Origin: Escherichia coli
GTDB lineage: Bacteria; Pseudomonadota; Gammaproteobacteria; Enterobacterales; Enterobacteriaceae
Length of the DNA stretch: 64,000 nt
Assembly: GCF_030013595.1 (NCBI RefSeq)
Contig: NZ_CP122768.1
Direction: 5' to 3' (one strand)
Shown piece by piece: positions 31,526-43,272 of this stretch. The position numbers and the translations under genes are program-made. Position 1 is the stretch's first letter, and each line of letters begins with the position of its first letter. The notes beneath the pieces are model-generated. The model ran no database searches. It worked only from the letters and a program-made list of their open reading frames with translations, and was not told where the DNA came from.

Positions 31526-31851
31526 AAACCTTCCGCTGGAAAGTGAAACCCGGTATGGATGTGGCTTCGGCCCCTTCTGTAAGAAAGGTGCGCTTTGGTG
31601 ATGGCTATTCCCAGCGAGCGCCTGCCGGGCTGAATGCCAACCTGAAAACGTACAGCGTGACGCTTTCTGTCCCCCGTGAGGAGGCCACGGTACTGGAGTC
31701 GTTTCTGGAAGAGCACGGGGGCTGGAAAGCCTTTCTGTGGACGCCGCCTTATGAGTGGCGGCAGATAAAGGTGACCTGCGCAAAATGGTCGTCGCGGGTC
31801 AGTATGCTGCGTGTTGAGTTCAGCGCAGAGTTTGAACAGGTGGTGAACTGA
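31522..31851 (+). CDS. M: Tail tip protein M
   Basis: 109 aa MKTFRWKVKPGMDVASAPSVRKVRFGDGYSQRAP..., lambda gpM. Confidence 0.9.
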   Translation: MKTFRWKVKPGMDVASAPSVRKVRFGDGYSQRAPAGLNANLKTYSVTLSVPREEATVLESFLEEHGGWKAFLWTPPYEWRQIKVTCAKWSSRVSMLRVEFSAEFEQVVN

Positions 31852-32549
31852 TGCAGGATATCCGGCAGGAAACACTGAATGAATGCACCCGTGCGGAGCA
31901 GTCGGCCAGCGTGGTGCTCTGGGAAATCGACCTGACAGAGGTCGGTGGAGAACGTTATTTTTTCTGTAATGAGCAGAACGAAAAAGGTGAGCCGGTCACC
32001 TGGCAGGGGCGACAGTATCAGCCGTATCCCATTCAGGGGAGTGGTTTTGAACTGAATGGCAAAGGCACCAGTACGCGCCCCACGCTGACGGTTTCTAACC
32101 TGTACGGTATGGTCACCGGGATGGCGGAAGATCTGCAGAGTCTGGTCGGCGGAACGGTGGTCCGGCGTAAGGTTTACGCCCGTTTTCTGGATGCGGTGAA
32201 CTTCGTCAACGGAAACAGTGACGCCGATCCGGAGCAGGAGGTGATCAGCCGCTGGCGCATCGAGCAGTGCAGCGAACTGAGCGTGGTGAGTGCCTCCTTT
32301 GTACTGTCCACGCCGACGGAAACGGATGGCGCTGTTTTTCCGGGACGTATCATGCTGGCCAACACCTGCACCTGGACCTATCGCGGTGACGAGTGCGGTT
32401 ATAGCGGTCCGGCTGTCGCGGATGAATATGACCAGCCAACGTCCGATATCACGAAGGATAAATGCAGCAAATGCCTGAGCGGTTGTAAGTTCCGCAATAA
32501 CGTCGGCAACTTTGGCGGCTTCCTTTCCATTAACAAACTTTCGCAGTAA
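31851..32549 (+). CDS. L: Tail tip protein L
   Basis: 232 aa, lambda gpL-like with C-terminal Cys cluster. Confidence 0.9.
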   Translation: MQDIRQETLNECTRAEQSASVVLWEIDLTEVGGERYFFCNEQNEKGEPVTWQGRQYQPYPIQGSGFELNGKGTSTRPTLTVSNLYGMVTGMAEDLQSLVGGTVVRRKVYARFLDAVNFVNGNSDADPEQEVISRWRIEQCSELSVVSASFVLSTPTETDGAVFPGRIMLANTCTWTYRGDECGYSGPAVADEYDQPTSDITKDKCSKCLSGCKFRNNVGNFGGFLSINKLSQ

Positions 32550-32554
32550 ATCCC

Positions 32555-33298
32555 ATGACACAGACAGAATCAGCGATTCTGGCGCACGCCCGGCGATGTG
32601 CGCCAGCGGAGTCGTGCGGCTTCGTGGTGAGAGCGCCGGAGGGGGAACGATATTTTCCCTGCGTGAATATTTCCGGTGAGCCGGAGGATTATTTCCGGAT
32701 GGCTCCGGAGGACTGGCTGCAGGCAGAGATGCAGGGTGAGATTATGGCACTGGTCCACAGTCATCCCGGTGGTCTGCCCTGGCTGAGTGAGGCTGACCGG
32801 CGGCTGCAGGTGCAGAGTGATTTGCCGTGGTGGCTGGTCTGCCGGGGGGCGATTCATAAGTTCCGCTGTGTGCCGCATCTCACCGGGCGGCGCTTTGAGC
32901 ACGGGGTGACGGACTGTTATACGCTGTTCCGCGATGCCTATCATCTTGCAGGTATCGATTTGCCGGATTTTTACCGACATGATGACTGGTGGAAATCAGG
33001 TCAGAATCTCTATCTGGATAATCTGGAGGCCACAGGGCTGTATCAGGTGCCGTTGTCAGCGGCGCAGCCGGGCGATGTGCTGCTGTGCTGTTTTGGTTCA
33101 TCGGTGCCGAATCATGCCGCCATTTACTGTGGTGACGGCAAGCTGCTGCACCATATTCCTGAACAACTGAGCAAACGAGAGAGGTATACCGACAAATGGC
33201 AGCGACGCACACACTCCCTCTGGCGTCACCAGGCATGGCACGCATCTGCCTTTACGGGGATTTACAACGATTTGTCCGCCGCATCGATCTGCGTGTGA
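32555..33298 (+). CDS. K: Tail assembly protein K
   Basis: 247 aa MTQTESAILAHARRCAPAESCGFVV... with JAB/MPN and NlpC/P60-like regions, lambda gpK. Confidence 0.9.
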   Translation: MTQTESAILAHARRCAPAESCGFVVRAPEGERYFPCVNISGEPEDYFRMAPEDWLQAEMQGEIMALVHSHPGGLPWLSEADRRLQVQSDLPWWLVCRGAIHKFRCVPHLTGRRFEHGVTDCYTLFRDAYHLAGIDLPDFYRHDDWWKSGQNLYLDNLEATGLYQVPLSAAQPGDVLLCCFGSSVPNHAAIYCGDGKLLHHIPEQLSKRERYTDKWQRRTHSLWRHQAWHASAFTGIYNDLSAASICV

Positions 33299-33837
33299 AA
33301 ACGGGGGCCGAAGCTATCCGGGCGCTGGCCATGCAGATCCCGGCGTTTCGTCAGAAGCTGAGCGACGGCTGGTATCAGGTACGCATTGCCGGGCGTGATA
33401 CAGGTGAAACGGAATTATCAGCCCGTCTTAATGAACCGCTGGCAAATGGTGCTGTGATCCATATCGTGCCGCGTCTGGCAGGAGCCAAAAGTGGCGGTGT
33501 GTTTCAGGCTGTGCTGGGGGCGGCTGTTATGGCGGTTGCTATATGGATGCCGGGGGTAGGAATTATGGCGAGTAATCTGCTGTTTTCTCTCGGTGCCAGT
33601 ATGACGCTTGGCGGTGTTGCACAGATGCTGGCCCCTAAACCCAAAACCCCCCGCACACAGACAACGGATAACGGCAAACAGAATACGTATTTCTCCTCAC
33701 TGGATAACATGGTTGCCCAGGGCAATGTTCTGCCCGTTCTGTACGGTGAAATGCGCGTGGGGTCGCGGGTGGTTTCTCAGGAGATCAGCACGGCAGACGA
33801 AGGGGATGGTGGTCAGGTTGTGGTGATTGGTCGCTGA
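33196..33837 (+). CDS. I: Tail assembly protein I
   Basis: MAATHTLPLASPGMARICLYGDLQRF..., lambda gpI; start overlaps the 3' end of K. Confidence 0.85.
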   Translation: MAATHTLPLASPGMARICLYGDLQRFVRRIDLRVKTGAEAIRALAMQIPAFRQKLSDGWYQVRIAGRDTGETELSARLNEPLANGAVIHIVPRLAGAKSGGVFQAVLGAAVMAVAIWMPGVGIMASNLLFSLGASMTLGGVAQMLAPKPKTPRTQTTDNGKQNTYFSSLDNMVAQGNVLPVLYGEMRVGSRVVSQEISTADEGDGGQVVVIGR

Positions 33838-33897
33838 TACAACATGTTTTATGTGAAACCGCCTGCGGGCGGTTTTATCGTTTATGGAGCATGACGA

Positions 33898-36800
33898 ATG
33901 GGTAAAGGCAGCAGTAAGGGGCATACCCCGCGCGAAGCGAAGGACAACCTGAAATCCACGCAGCTGCTGAGTGTGATTGATGCCATCAGCGAAGGGCCGG
34001 TTGAAGGTCCGGTGGATGGATTAAAAAGCGTGCTGCTGAACAGTACGCCAGTGCTGGACAGTGAGGGGAATACCAACATCTCCGGCGTCACGGTGGTGTT
34101 CCGGGCCGGTGAGCAGGAGCAGACACCGCCGGAGGGATTTGAATCCTCCGGCTCCGAGACGGTGCTGGGTACGGAAGTGAAATACGACACGCCGATCACC
34201 CGGACCATCACGTCGGCAAACATTGACCGACTGCGTTTTACCTTCGGCGTGCAGGCACTGGTGGAAACCACCTCAAAGGGGGACAGGAATCCGTCGGAAG
34301 TCCGCCTGCTGGTTCAGATACAGCGTAACGGTGGCTGGGTGACGGAAAAAGACATCACCATTAAGGGCAAAACCACCTCGCAGTATCTGGCCTCGGTGGT
34401 GGTGGGTAACCTGCCGCCGCGCCCGTTCACTATACGGATGCGCAGGATGACGCCGGACAGCACCACAGACCAGCTGCAGAACAAAACGCTCTGGTCGTCA
34501 TACACCGAAATCATCGATGTGAAACAGTGCTACCCGAACACGGCACTGGTCGGCGTGCAGGTGGACTCGGAGCAGTTCGGCAGCCAGCAGGTGAGCCGTA
34601 ATTATCATCTGCGCGGGCGTATTCTGCAGGTGCCGTCGAACTATAACCCGCAGACGCGGCAATACAGCGGTATCTGGGACGGAACGTTTAAGCCAGCATA
34701 CAGCAACAACATGGCCTGGTGTCTGTGGGATATGCTGACCCATCCACGCTACGGCATGGGGAAACGTCTTGGTGCGGCGGATGTGGACAAATGGGCGCTG
34801 TATGTCATCGGCCAGTACTGCGACCAGTCGGTGCCGGACGGCTTTGGCGGCACGGAGCCGCGCATCGCCTGTAATGCGTACCTGACCACACAGCGCAAGG
34901 CCTGGGATGTGCTCAGTGATTTCTGCTCGGCGATGCGCTGTATGCCGGTATGGAACGGGCAGACGCTGACGTTCGTGCAGGACCGACCGTCGGATAAGGT
35001 GTGGACCTATAACCGCAGTAATGTGGTGATGCCGGATGATGGCGCACCATTCCGCTACAGCTTCAGCGCCCTGAAAGACCGCCATAATGCCGTTGAGGTG
35101 AACTGGATTGACCCGGATAACGGCCAGGAGACGGCGACAGAGCTTGTGGAGGACTCGCAGGCCATTGCCCGTTACGGTCGTAACGTCACGAAGATGGATG
35201 CGTTTGGCTGTACCAGCCGGGGGCAGGCGCACCGCGCCGGGCTGTGGCTGATTAAAACAGAACTGCTGGAAACGCAGACCGTGGACTTCAGCGTGGGTGC
35301 CGAAGGGCTTCGCCATGTACCGGGCGATGTCATTGAAATCTGCGATGATGACTATGCCGGTATCAGCACCGGCGGGCGCGTGCTGGCGGTGAACAGCCAG
35401 ACCCGGACGCTGACGCTCGACCGTGAAATCACGCTGCCATCCTCCGGCACCACGCTGATAAGCCTGGTTGACGGAAGTGGCAATCCGGTCAGCGTGGAGG
35501 TCCAGTCCGTCACCGACGGCGTGAAGGTGAAAGTGAGCCGGGTTCCTGACGGCGTTGCCGAGTACAGCGTGTGGGGGCTGAAGCTGCCGACGCTGCGCCA
35601 GCGCCTGTTCCGCTGTGTGAGTATCCGTGAGAACGACGACGGTACGTATGCCATCACTGCAGTGCAGCATGTACCGGAGAAAGAAGCCATCGTGGATAAC
35701 GGGGCGCACTTTGACGGTAACCAGAGCGGCACGGTGAATGGTGTCACGCCGCCAGCAGTGCAGCATCTGACCGCAGAAGTCACCGCAGACAGCGGGGAAT
35801 ATCGGGTGCTGGCCCGCTGGGACACGCCGAAGGTGGTGAAGGGCGTGAGCTTCCTGCTTCGCCTGACCGTGGCAGCGGATGACGGCAGTGAGCGGCTGGT
35901 CAGCACGGCCCGGACGACGGAAACCACTTACCGCTTCACACAACTGGCTCTGGGGAACTACAGGCTGACAGTCCGGGCAGTAAATGCGTGGGGGCAGCAG
36001 GGCGATCCGGCGTCGGTATCGTTCCGGATTGCCGCACCGGCAGCGCCGTCGCGGATTGAGCTGACGCCGGGCTATTTTCAGATAACCGCCACGCCGCATC
36101 TTGCGGTTTATGATCCGACGGTACAGTTTGAGTTCTGGTTCTCGGAAAAGCGGATTGCGGATATCAGGCAGGTTGAAACCACAGCACGCTATCTTGGCAC
36201 GGCGCTGTACTGGATAGCCGCCAGTATCAATATCAAACCGGGCCATAATTATTATTTTTACGTTCGCAGTGTGAACACCGTTGGCAAATCGGCATTCGTG
36301 GAGGCTGTTGGTCAGCCGAGTGATGACGCATCCGGCTATCTGGATTTTTTCAAAGGCGAGATAGGGAAAACCCATCTGGCTCAGGAGCTGTGGACGCAGA
36401 TTGATAACGGTCAGCTTGCGCCTGACCTGGCTGAAATCAGGACGTCCATTACGGATGTCAGCAATGAAATCACACAGACCGTCAATAAGAAACTGGAAGA
36501 CCAGAGTGCAGCAATTCAGCAGATACAGCAGGTTCAGGTTGATACAAGTAATAACCTGAACAGCATGTGGGCTGTGAAGTTGCAGCAGATGCAGGACGGA
36601 CGCCTTTATATTGCGGGTATCGGTGCCGGTATTGAGAACACCCCCGACGGCATGCAGAGTCAGGTGCTGCTGGCGGCAGACAGGATTGCGATGATTAATC
36701 CTGCAAATGGCAACACAAAACCGATGTTTGTTGGTCAGGGTGATCAGATATTCATGAATGAAGTGTTCCTGAAATATCTGACGGCTCCCACCATTACCAG

Positions 36801-37377
36801 CGGCGGTAATCCTCCTGCATTTTCCCTGACACCGGACGGAAAGCTGACCGCTAAAAATGCAGATATCAGTGGCAGTGTGAATGCGAACGCCGGGACGCTC
36901 AACAACGTTACGATAAATGAAAACTGTCAGATTAAAGGGAAACTGTCAGCCAACCAGATTGAAGGCGATATTGTCAAAACAGTGGGTAAGGCTTTCCCGC
37001 GGGACTCCCGGGCACCGGAGCGGTGGCCATCAGGGACCATTACCGTCAGGATTTATGACGATCAGCCGTTTGACCGGCAGATTGTTATTCCGGCGGTGGC
37101 ATTCAGCGGTGCTAAACATGAGAGAGAGCATACTGATATTTACTCCTCATGCCGCCTGATAGTGAAGAAAAATGGTGCTGAAATTTATAACCGTACCGCG
37201 CTGGATAATACGCTGATTTACAGTGGTGTTATTGATATGCCAGCTGGTCACGGCCACATGACGCTGGAGTTTTCGGTGTCAGCATGGCTGGTAAATGACT
37301 GGTATCCCACAGCAAGTATCAGCGATTTGCTGGTTGTGGTGATGAAGAAAGCCACCGCAGGCATCAGTATCAGCTGA
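33898..37377 (+). CDS. J: Central tail fibre / host specificity protein J
   Basis: 1159 aa [54 protein letters not shown]..., lambda gpJ-like. Confidence 0.95.
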   Translation: MGKGSSKGHTPREAKDNLKSTQLLSVIDAISEGPVEGPVDGLKSVLLNSTPVLDSEGNTNISGVTVVFRAGEQEQTPPEGFESSGSETVLGTEVKYDTPITRTITSANIDRLRFTFGVQALVETTSKGDRNPSEVRLLVQIQRNGGWVTEKDITIKGKTTSQYLASVVVGNLPPRPFTIRMRRMTPDSTTDQLQNKTLWSSYTEIIDVKQCYPNTALVGVQVDSEQFGSQQVSRNYHLRGRILQVPSNYNPQTRQYSGIWDGTFKPAYSNNMAWCLWDMLTHPRYGMGKRLGAADVDKWALYVIGQYCDQSVPDGFGGTEPRIACNAYLTTQRKAWDVLSDFCSAMRCMPVWNGQTLTFVQDRPSDKVWTYNRSNVVMPDDGAPFRYSFSALKDRHNAVEVNWIDPDNGQETATELVEDSQAIARYGRNVTKMDAFGCTSRGQAHRAGLWLIKTELLETQTVDFSVGAEGLRHVPGDVIEICDDDYAGISTGGRVLAVNSQTRTLTLDREITLPSSGTTLISLVDGSGNPVSVEVQSVTDGVKVKVSRVPDGVAEYSVWGLKLPTLRQRLFRCVSIRENDDGTYAITAVQHVPEKEAIVDNGAHFDGNQSGTVNGVTPPAVQHLTAEVTADSGEYRVLARWDTPKVVKGVSFLLRLTVAADDGSERLVSTARTTETTYRFTQLALGNYRLTVRAVNAWGQQGDPASVSFRIAAPAAPSRIELTPGYFQITATPHLAVYDPTVQFEFWFSEKRIADIRQVETTARYLGTALYWIAASINIKPGHNYYFYVRSVNTVGKSAFVEAVGQPSDDASGYLDFFKGEIGKTHLAQELWTQIDNGQLAPDLAEIRTSITDVSNEITQTVNKKLEDQSAAIQQIQQVQVDTSNNLNSMWAVKLQQMQDGRLYIAGIGAGIENTPDGMQSQVLLAADRIAMINPANGNTKPMFVGQGDQIFMNEVFLKYLTAPTITSGGNPPAFSLTPDGKLTAKNADISGSVNANAGTLNNVTINENCQIKGKLSANQIEGDIVKTVGKAFPRDSRAPERWPSGTITVRIYDDQPFDRQIVIPAVAFSGAKHEREHTDIYSSCRLIVKKNGAEIYNRTALDNTLIYSGVIDMPAGHGHMTLEFSVSAWLVNDWYPTASISDLLVVVMKKATAGISIS

Positions 37378-37396
37378 ATTTTATAACCCATATACG

Positions 37397-37420
37397 GGCG
37401 CCAGAAATGGCGCCTTTTTT
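37397..37420 (+). terminator. Rho-independent terminator between J and lom
   Basis: GGCGCC-AGAAAT-GGCGCC followed by TTTTTT. Confidence 0.6.
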
Positions 37421-37444
37421 ATTGCAGAAAAGCGAGAGGTAATT

Positions 37445-38044
37445 ATGCGTAAAGTTTGTGCAGCCATTTTGTCCACAGCCATCTGTCTGGCCGTATCCGG
37501 TGCGCCTGCATGGGCGTCTGAGCAGCAGGCCACACTGAGCGCAGGGTATCTTCATGCCCGTACGAACGCTCCCGGCAGCGATAATCTGAACGGGATTAAC
37601 GTGAAATACCGTTATGAGTTTACGGACACGCTGGGGCTGATTACGTCATTCAGTTATGCCAACGCTGAAGATGAGCAAAAAACGCATTACAGCGATACCC
37701 GCTGGCATGAAGATTCCGTGCGTAACCGCTGGTTCAGCGTAATGGCGGGGCCGTCTGTGCGCGTGAATGAATGGTTCAGCGTGTATGCGATGGCGGGTGT
37801 GGCTTACAGCCGTGTGTCGACTTTCTTCGGGGATTATCTCCGCGTAACTGACAACAAGGGGAAAACGCACGATGTGCTGACCGGAAGTGATGACGGTCGC
37901 CACAGCAACACGTCTCTGGCGTGGGGGGCTGGCGTGCAGTTTAACCCGACCGAATCCGTGGCCATTGATATTGCTTATGAAGGCTCCGGCAGTGGTGACT
38001 GGCGCACTGACGGTTTCATCGTGGGTGTCGGTTATAAATTCTGA
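37445..38044 (+). CDS. lom: Outer membrane protein Lom (Ail/Lom family)
   Basis: 199 aa [38 protein letters not shown]..., signal peptide plus beta-barrel. Confidence 0.9.
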   Translation: MRKVCAAILSTAICLAVSGAPAWASEQQATLSAGYLHARTNAPGSDNLNGINVKYRYEFTDTLGLITSFSYANAEDEQKTHYSDTRWHEDSVRNRWFSVMAGPSVRVNEWFSVYAMAGVAYSRVSTFFGDYLRVTDNKGKTHDVLTGSDDGRHSNTSLAWGAGVQFNPTESVAIDIAYEGSGSGDWRTDGFIVGVGYKF

Positions 38045-38070
38045 TTAGCCAGGTAACACAGTGTTATGAC

Positions 38071-38097
38071 AGCCCGTCGGTTCAGGCGGGCTTTTTT
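38071..38097 (+). terminator. Rho-independent terminator after lom
   Basis: AGCCCG-TCGGTTCAG-GCGGGCT followed by TTTTTTG. Confidence 0.6.
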
Positions 38098-38102
38098 GTG
38101 GG

Positions 38103-41100
38103 GTGAATATGGCAGTAAAGATTTCAGGTGTACTGAAAGACGGCACAGGAAAACCGGTACAGAACTGCACAATCCAGCTGAAAGCAAAACGTAACAGCAC
38201 CACGGTGGTGGTGAACACGCTGGCCTCAGAAAATCCGGATGAAGCCGGGCGTTACAGCATGGACGTTGAGTACGGTCAGTACAGCGTTATTCTGTTGGTG
38301 GAAGGATTCCCGCCGTCACATGCCGGGACCATCACCGTGTATGAAGACTCCCGACCCGGTACGCTGAATGATTTTCTCGGTGCCATGACGGAGGATGATG
38401 CCCGGCCAGAGGCACTGCGCCGTTTTGAGCTGATGGTGGAAGAGGTGGCGCGTAACGCGTCCGCGGTGGCACAGAACACGGCAGCCGCGAAGAAGTCAGC
38501 CGGCGATGCCGGCACATCAGCCCGTGAGGCGGCAACCCATGCGACTGATGCTGCAGGCTCAGCACGCGCAGCCAGCACGTCAGCCGGACAGGCCGCGTCG
38601 TCGGCTCAGTCAGCGTCTTCCAGCGCAGGAACGGCATCAACAAAGGCCAGTGAAGCATCGAAAAGTGCTGCTGCTGCAGAGTCCTCAAAAAGCGCGGCAG
38701 CTACCAGTGCCAGTGCCGCGAAAACGTCAGAAACGAATGCCGCAGCGTCACAACAATCAGCAGCCACTTCTGCATCCACCGCGACCACGAAAGCGTCAGA
38801 AGCTGCCACCTCAGCCCGGGATGCGGCGGCCTCAAAAGAGGCAGCGAAATCATCAGAAACGAACGCATCCTCGAGCGCCAGTAGCGCAACTTCCTCGGCA
38901 ACGGCGGCAGGAAATTCCGCGAAGGCGGCAAAAACGTCCGAGACGAACGCTAAGTCTTCTGAGACGGCAGCGGGACAGAGCGCCTCAGCTGCGGCAGGCT
39001 CAAAAACAGCGGCTGCATCATCTGCCAGCGCCGCGTCAACAAGTGCCGGGCAGGCCTCAGCCAGTGCCACCGCCGCCGGAAAATCGGCAGAAAGCGCCGC
39101 ATCATCCGCTTCAACAGCCACAACGAAGGCTGGCGAAGCCACTGAACAGGCCAGCGCAGCAGCGAGTTCTGCTTCCGCAGCGAAGACATCCGAAACGAAC
39201 GCGAAAGCGTCGGAAACCAGCGCAGAATCCTCAAAAACGGCTGCCGCATCGTCAGCCAGTTCGGCGGCGTCATCGGCATCATCGGCGTCTGCTTCAAAAG
39301 ATGAGGCGACCAGACAGGCGTCAGCAGCGAAGGGCAGCGCCACGACAGCATCCACGAAGGCGACAGAGGCAGCTGGTAGTGCGACAGCGGCAGCTCAGAG
39401 CAAAAGTACGTCGGAATCTGCAGCAACGCGTGCCGAGACAGCAGCAAAACGGGCAGAGGATATTGCATCTGCCGTGGCGCTTGAGGATGCGAGCACGACG
39501 AAAAAGGGGATAGTACAGCTCAGCAGTGCGACCAACAGTACGTCTGAAACGCTGGCGGCAACGCCAAAGGCAGTAAAATCAGCCTATGACAATGCAGAGA
39601 AACGTCTGCAGAAAGACCAGAACGGCGCTGATATACCCGATAAGGGACGCTTCCTGAACAACATTAACGCGGTCAGTAAAACAGACTTTGCTGATAAGCG
39701 TGGTATGCGTTATGTGCGGGTTAACGCTCCTGCAGGTGCAACATCTGGAAAATATTACCCTGTTGTTGTTATGCGTTCTGCTGGCTCAGTAAGCGAACTG
39801 GCATCAAGGGTCATTATCACCACGGCAACGCGAACCGCAGGCGATCCGATGAATAACTGCGAGTTTAACGGATTTGTTATGCCTGGTGGCTGGACTGACA
39901 GGGGGCGTTATGCTTATGGAATGTTCTGGCAATATCAAAACAATGAACGAGCCATCCACTCAATAATGATGAGTAATAAGGGCGATGATTTGCGCTCTGT
40001 GTTCTATGTTGATGGCGCTGCTTTCCCTGTTTTTGCGTTTATCGAAGATGGCCTGTCAATATCCGCACCTGGTGCTGATCTCGTTGTTAATGATACGACC
40101 TATAAGTTTGGGGCAACAAATCCAGCGACTGAATGTATCGCGGCGGACGTTATCCTTGATTTTAAGAGTGGGCGTGGTTTTTATGAGTCTCATTCGTTAA
40201 TCGTTAACGATAATTTGTCGTGCAAAAAACTTTTTGCCACAGACGAAATTGTAGCGCGTGGTGGTAATCAGATTCGAATGATAGGTGGGGAGTATGGTGC
40301 ATTATGGCGTAATGATGGCGCTAAAACTTACCTGCTGCTTACCAATCAAGGTGATGTTTATGGTGGCTGGAATACATTAAGACCGTTTGCTATTGATAAC
40401 GCAACCGGCGAACTGGTTATTGGAACCAAACTGTCCGCAAGTCTGAACGGTAATGCATTAACAGCAACAAAGCTGCAAACGCCAAGACGGGTTTCTGGTG
40501 TTGAGTTTGATGGTTCCAGAGATATTACTTTAACCGCCGCGCATGTGGCTGCTTTTGCCAGAAGGGCAACGGATACATATGCCGATGCGGATGGTGGCGT
40601 TCCCTGGAATGCCGAATCAGGTGCTTACAATGTCACCCGCTCTGGCGACAGCTATATTCTGGTTAACTTCTATACCGGAGTCGGAAGTTGCCGGACCCTG
40701 CAGATGAAGGCGCATTACAGAAATGGTGGTCTGTTCTACCGTTCTTCAAGAGACGGTTATGGTTTTGAGGAAGACTGGGCAGAAGTTTATACCTCGAAAA
40801 ATCTTCCACCAGAAAGCTACCCAGTCGGCGCACCAATCCCGTGGCCATCAGATACCGTTCCGTCTGGTTATGCCCTGATGCAGGGGCAGACTTTTGACAA
40901 ATCTGCTTACCCGAAACTTGCAGCCGCTTATCCGTCAGGCGTGATCCCTGATATGCGTGGCTGGACGATTAAGGGCAAACCTGCCAGTGGTCGGGCCGTA
41001 TTGTCTCAGGAACAGGACGGCATTAAATCGCATACCCACAGCGCCAGCGCATCCAGTACGGATTTGGGGACGAAAACCACATCGTCGTTTGATTACGGCA

Positions 41101-41459
41101 CTAAATCCACGAATAACACCGGGGCGCATACCCATAGTGTTAGCGGTACGGCTGCTTCAGCCGGTGCACATACCCATTCGATGACATTTGTTTCAGGTGG
41201 TTCCAGTGGTGCTCCGGGAAGTGGAGCATCTGATTATTCTAAATACAGTGTTAACACTTCTTCTGCAGGCGCTCATACGCACTCTGTATCGGGTACTGCT
41301 GCAAGCGCAGGTGCACACGCACATACTGTGGGTATTGGTGCTCATACGCACTCCGTTGCGATTGGTTCACATGGACACACCATCACCGTTAACGCTGCTG
41401 GTAACGCGGAAAACACCGTCAAAAACATCGCATTTAACTATATTGTGAGGCTTGCATAA
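38103..41459 (+). CDS. stf: Side tail fibre protein Stf (long form, 1118 aa)
   Basis: Conserved N-terminus, long Ala/Ser-rich repeat region, C-terminal tip with repeated GAHTHS motifs; followed by tfa. Confidence 0.9.
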   Translation: MNMAVKISGVLKDGTGKPVQNCTIQLKAKRNSTTVVVNTLASENPDEAGRYSMDVEYGQYSVILLVEGFPPSHAGTITVYEDSRPGTLNDFLGAMTEDDARPEALRRFELMVEEVARNASAVAQNTAAAKKSAGDAGTSAREAATHATDAAGSARAASTSAGQAASSAQSASSSAGTASTKASEASKSAAAAESSKSAAATSASAAKTSETNAAASQQSAATSASTATTKASEAATSARDAAASKEAAKSSETNASSSASSATSSATAAGNSAKAAKTSETNAKSSETAAGQSASAAAGSKTAAASSASAASTSAGQASASATAAGKSAESAASSASTATTKAGEATEQASAAASSASAAKTSETNAKASETSAESSKTAAASSASSAASSASSASASKDEATRQASAAKGSATTASTKATEAAGSATAAAQSKSTSESAATRAETAAKRAEDIASAVALEDASTTKKGIVQLSSATNSTSETLAATPKAVKSAYDNAEKRLQKDQNGADIPDKGRFLNNINAVSKTDFADKRGMRYVRVNAPAGATSGKYYPVVVMRSAGSVSELASRVIITTATRTAGDPMNNCEFNGFVMPGGWTDRGRYAYGMFWQYQNNERAIHSIMMSNKGDDLRSVFYVDGAAFPVFAFIEDGLSISAPGADLVVNDTTYKFGATNPATECIAADVILDFKSGRGFYESHSLIVNDNLSCKKLFATDEIVARGGNQIRMIGGEYGALWRNDGAKTYLLLTNQGDVYGGWNTLRPFAIDNATGELVIGTKLSASLNGNALTATKLQTPRRVSGVEFDGSRDITLTAAHVAAFARRATDTYADADGGVPWNAESGAYNVTRSGDSYILVNFYTGVGSCRTLQMKAHYRNGGLFYRSSRDGYGFEEDWAEVYTSKNLPPESYPVGAPIPWPSDTVPSGYALMQGQTFDKSAYPKLAAAYPSGVIPDMRGWTIKGKPASGRAVLSQEQDGIKSHTHSASASSTDLGTKTTSSFDYGTKSTNNTGAHTHSVSGTAASAGAHTHSMTFVSGGSSGAPGSGASDYSKYSVNTSSAGAHTHSVSGTAASAGAHAHTVGIGAHTHSVAIGSHGHTITVNAAGNAENTVKNIAFNYIVRLA
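38650..39450 (+). repeat. Degenerate tandem coding repeats inside stf (unit encodes A-K-T/S-S-E-T-N-A)
   Basis: Repeated gcgaaaacgtcagaaacgaatgc-like units; produces long spurious ORFs in other frames and on the opposite strand. Confidence 0.6.
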
Positions 41460-42034
41460 TGGCATTCAGAATGAGTGAACAACCACGGACCATAAAAATT
41501 TATAATCTGCTGGCCGGAACTAATGAATTTATTGGTGAAGGTGATGCATATATTCCGCCTCATACAGGTCTGCCAGCAAACAGTACCGATATTGCACCGC
41601 CAGATATTCCGGCTGGCTTCGTGGCTGTTTTCAACAGTGATGAGTCATCGTGGCATCTCGTTGAAGATCATCGGGGTAAAATGGTTTATGACGTGGCTTC
41701 CGGCGACGCGTTATTTATTTCTGAACTCGGTCCGTTACCGGAAAATGTTACCTGGTTATCGCCGGAAGGGGAGTTTCAGAAGTGGAACGGTACAGTCTGG
41801 GTGAAGGATACGGAAGCAGAAAAACTGTTCCGGATCCGGGAGGCGGAAGAAACAAAAAACAGCCTGATGCAGGTAGCCAGTGAGCATATAGCGCCACTTC
41901 AGGATGCTGTAGATCTGGAAATCGCAACGGAGGAAGAAACCTCATTGCTGGAAGCCTGGAAAAAGTATCGGGTGTTGCTGAACCGTGTTGATACATCAAC
42001 TGCACAGGATATTGAATGGCCAGCACTGCCGTAG
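41459..42034 (+). CDS. tfa: Tail fibre assembly protein Tfa
   Basis: 191 aa [42 protein letters not shown]...; start overlaps stf stop. Confidence 0.85.
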   Translation: MAFRMSEQPRTIKIYNLLAGTNEFIGEGDAYIPPHTGLPANSTDIAPPDIPAGFVAVFNSDESSWHLVEDHRGKMVYDVASGDALFISELGPLPENVTWLSPEGEFQKWNGTVWVKDTEAEKLFRIREAEETKNSLMQVASEHIAPLQDAVDLEIATEEETSLLEAWKKYRVLLNRVDTSTAQDIEWPALP

Positions 42035-42131
42035 GGTAAAACATATAAATTCTATAATTAGATGTATCTTTCCATTTACGGCAAGGAAGGGGGCTTGGAA
42101 GACGTAAAGCATCTCACACCGAGATTATTTT

Positions 42132-42722
42132 TTATATGTCAGGTGTCTGAAGTTTTGCTTTGGCTCTTAAAATGGTTTGCCGCGAGGTTTTGAATTCCCG
42201 GGCAATGGCACTTATACTTACACCTGACTTAATTCGTTCGAATACCACCTGTTTCTGTTCTTCATTTAACACAGGTGGTCGACCAAAACGTTTCCCTGCG
42301 CCGCGGGCTCTTACTATCCCGGAATGAGTGCGTTCAAGTAAAAGGTCTCGTTCAAATTCAGCGACTGCTGAAATTACGTGCATCATCATTTTTCCTGTTG
42401 GACTGGTCAGGTCAATGCCCCCCAATGCTAAGCAATGCACTCTGATACCTGTTTCGGTCAGTTGTTCCACTGTTTTCCTGATATCCATTGCATTACAACC
42501 AAGGCGATCCAGTTTTGTCACAATCAATTGATCACCACATTTCAGGCGAGCAAGCAACCGGTTAAAACCAGGACGCTCACTGGTTGCTGCTGAGCCGCTA
42601 ATGTGTTCTTCGATTATTTGCTGAGGTTTGATTTTAAAACCTGCACTTTCGATTTCCCGGCGTTGATTTTCGGTGGTCTGATCCAGCGTTGATATCCGAC
42701 AGTAAGCAAAAATTCGAGACAT
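42132..42722 (-). CDS. pinQ: Serine recombinase / DNA invertase PinQ-like
   Basis: 196 aa [29 protein letters not shown]...; catalytic Ser region plus C-terminal HTH. Confidence 0.85.
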   Translation of the reverse strand: MSRIFAYCRISTLDQTTENQRREIESAGFKIKPQQIIEEHISGSAATSERPGFNRLLARLKCGDQLIVTKLDRLGCNAMDIRKTVEQLTETGIRVHCLALGGIDLTSPTGKMMMHVISAVAEFERDLLLERTHSGIVRARGAGKRFGRPPVLNEEQKQVVFERIKSGVSISAIAREFKTSRQTILRAKAKLQTPDI

Positions 42723-43038
42723 AGTGAGACTCTATACGAAATTGGTGTTCATATCATAATGCATCTCAGAAAATAATTTTGATTATTTTTGTGCATATTT
42801 GTATGTACACGTTCGAAAATAAACGAATGCGTATGCAACCCCGTAATTTTGGTGAGACCCAAAATCGATTTTGTGAAAAATGGCTTTAACTCGGTTTGTT
42901 TTTCGAGTTCCGGGCAGACTCAAGGAAGAAGAATAGTGTTGCGTGTTATTTTAACCAGATTTCAATTTGTTTGGTCGTGGAAAAGTGGAGCAAAATGTTG
43001 TTAAAGTGGAAAAATGATAAAAAAGTAAGTTTGTTATA

Positions 43039-43272
43039 TTACATTTTACCATTTAAATTTTGGTTGTCTTTAAGAACTGATATCGCTGTTTGTAATAATT
43101 CTTTGTTATCCAGCCATGATTTTTTCTTTATGTTTCCTTCAATGTAATCAAGCAATGTTCTGGTATTGATAGGTCTTCCCTGTTTTGCTACTTCCACTAC
43201 AGCATCCCCTAGGATAATTCTTACTTCAGGAAGCTGCGCAGGGAACCACTTTAGGGTGTCTTTTGATTTCAT
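43039..43272 (-). CDS. ydfK: YdfK-like small prophage protein (77 aa)
   Basis: MKSKDTLKWFPAQLPEVRIILGDAVVEVAKQGRPINTRTLLDYIEG...; AAGGAA before ATG. Confidence 0.7.
   Translation of the reverse strand: MKSKDTLKWFPAQLPEVRIILGDAVVEVAKQGRPINTRTLLDYIEGNIKKKSWLDNKELLQTAISVLKDNQNLNGKM

Noticed and set aside
29504-31783. Antisense ORFs of 160 to 221 aa inside the tape measure gene H
   Set aside because: Embedded in a well-supported lambda H homolog; no translation signals.
34498-36375. 625-aa ORF on the minus strand inside gene J
   Set aside because: The sense strand encodes a lambda-J-like protein along its full length; long antisense ORFs are expected in GC-rich coding DNA; no start context or homology.
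38276-39513. Several long ORFs (up to 335 aa) in alternative frames and on the minus strand within stf
   Set aside because: Frame artefacts of the Ala/Ser-encoding repeats; products are low-complexity Pro/Arg/Gln or Ala/Asp strings.
40000-42130. Possible Pin-invertible segment covering the stf 3' end and tfa
   Set aside because: No inverted alternative fibre or tfa coding copies and no recognisable crossover repeats were seen; kept as an open question in findings.
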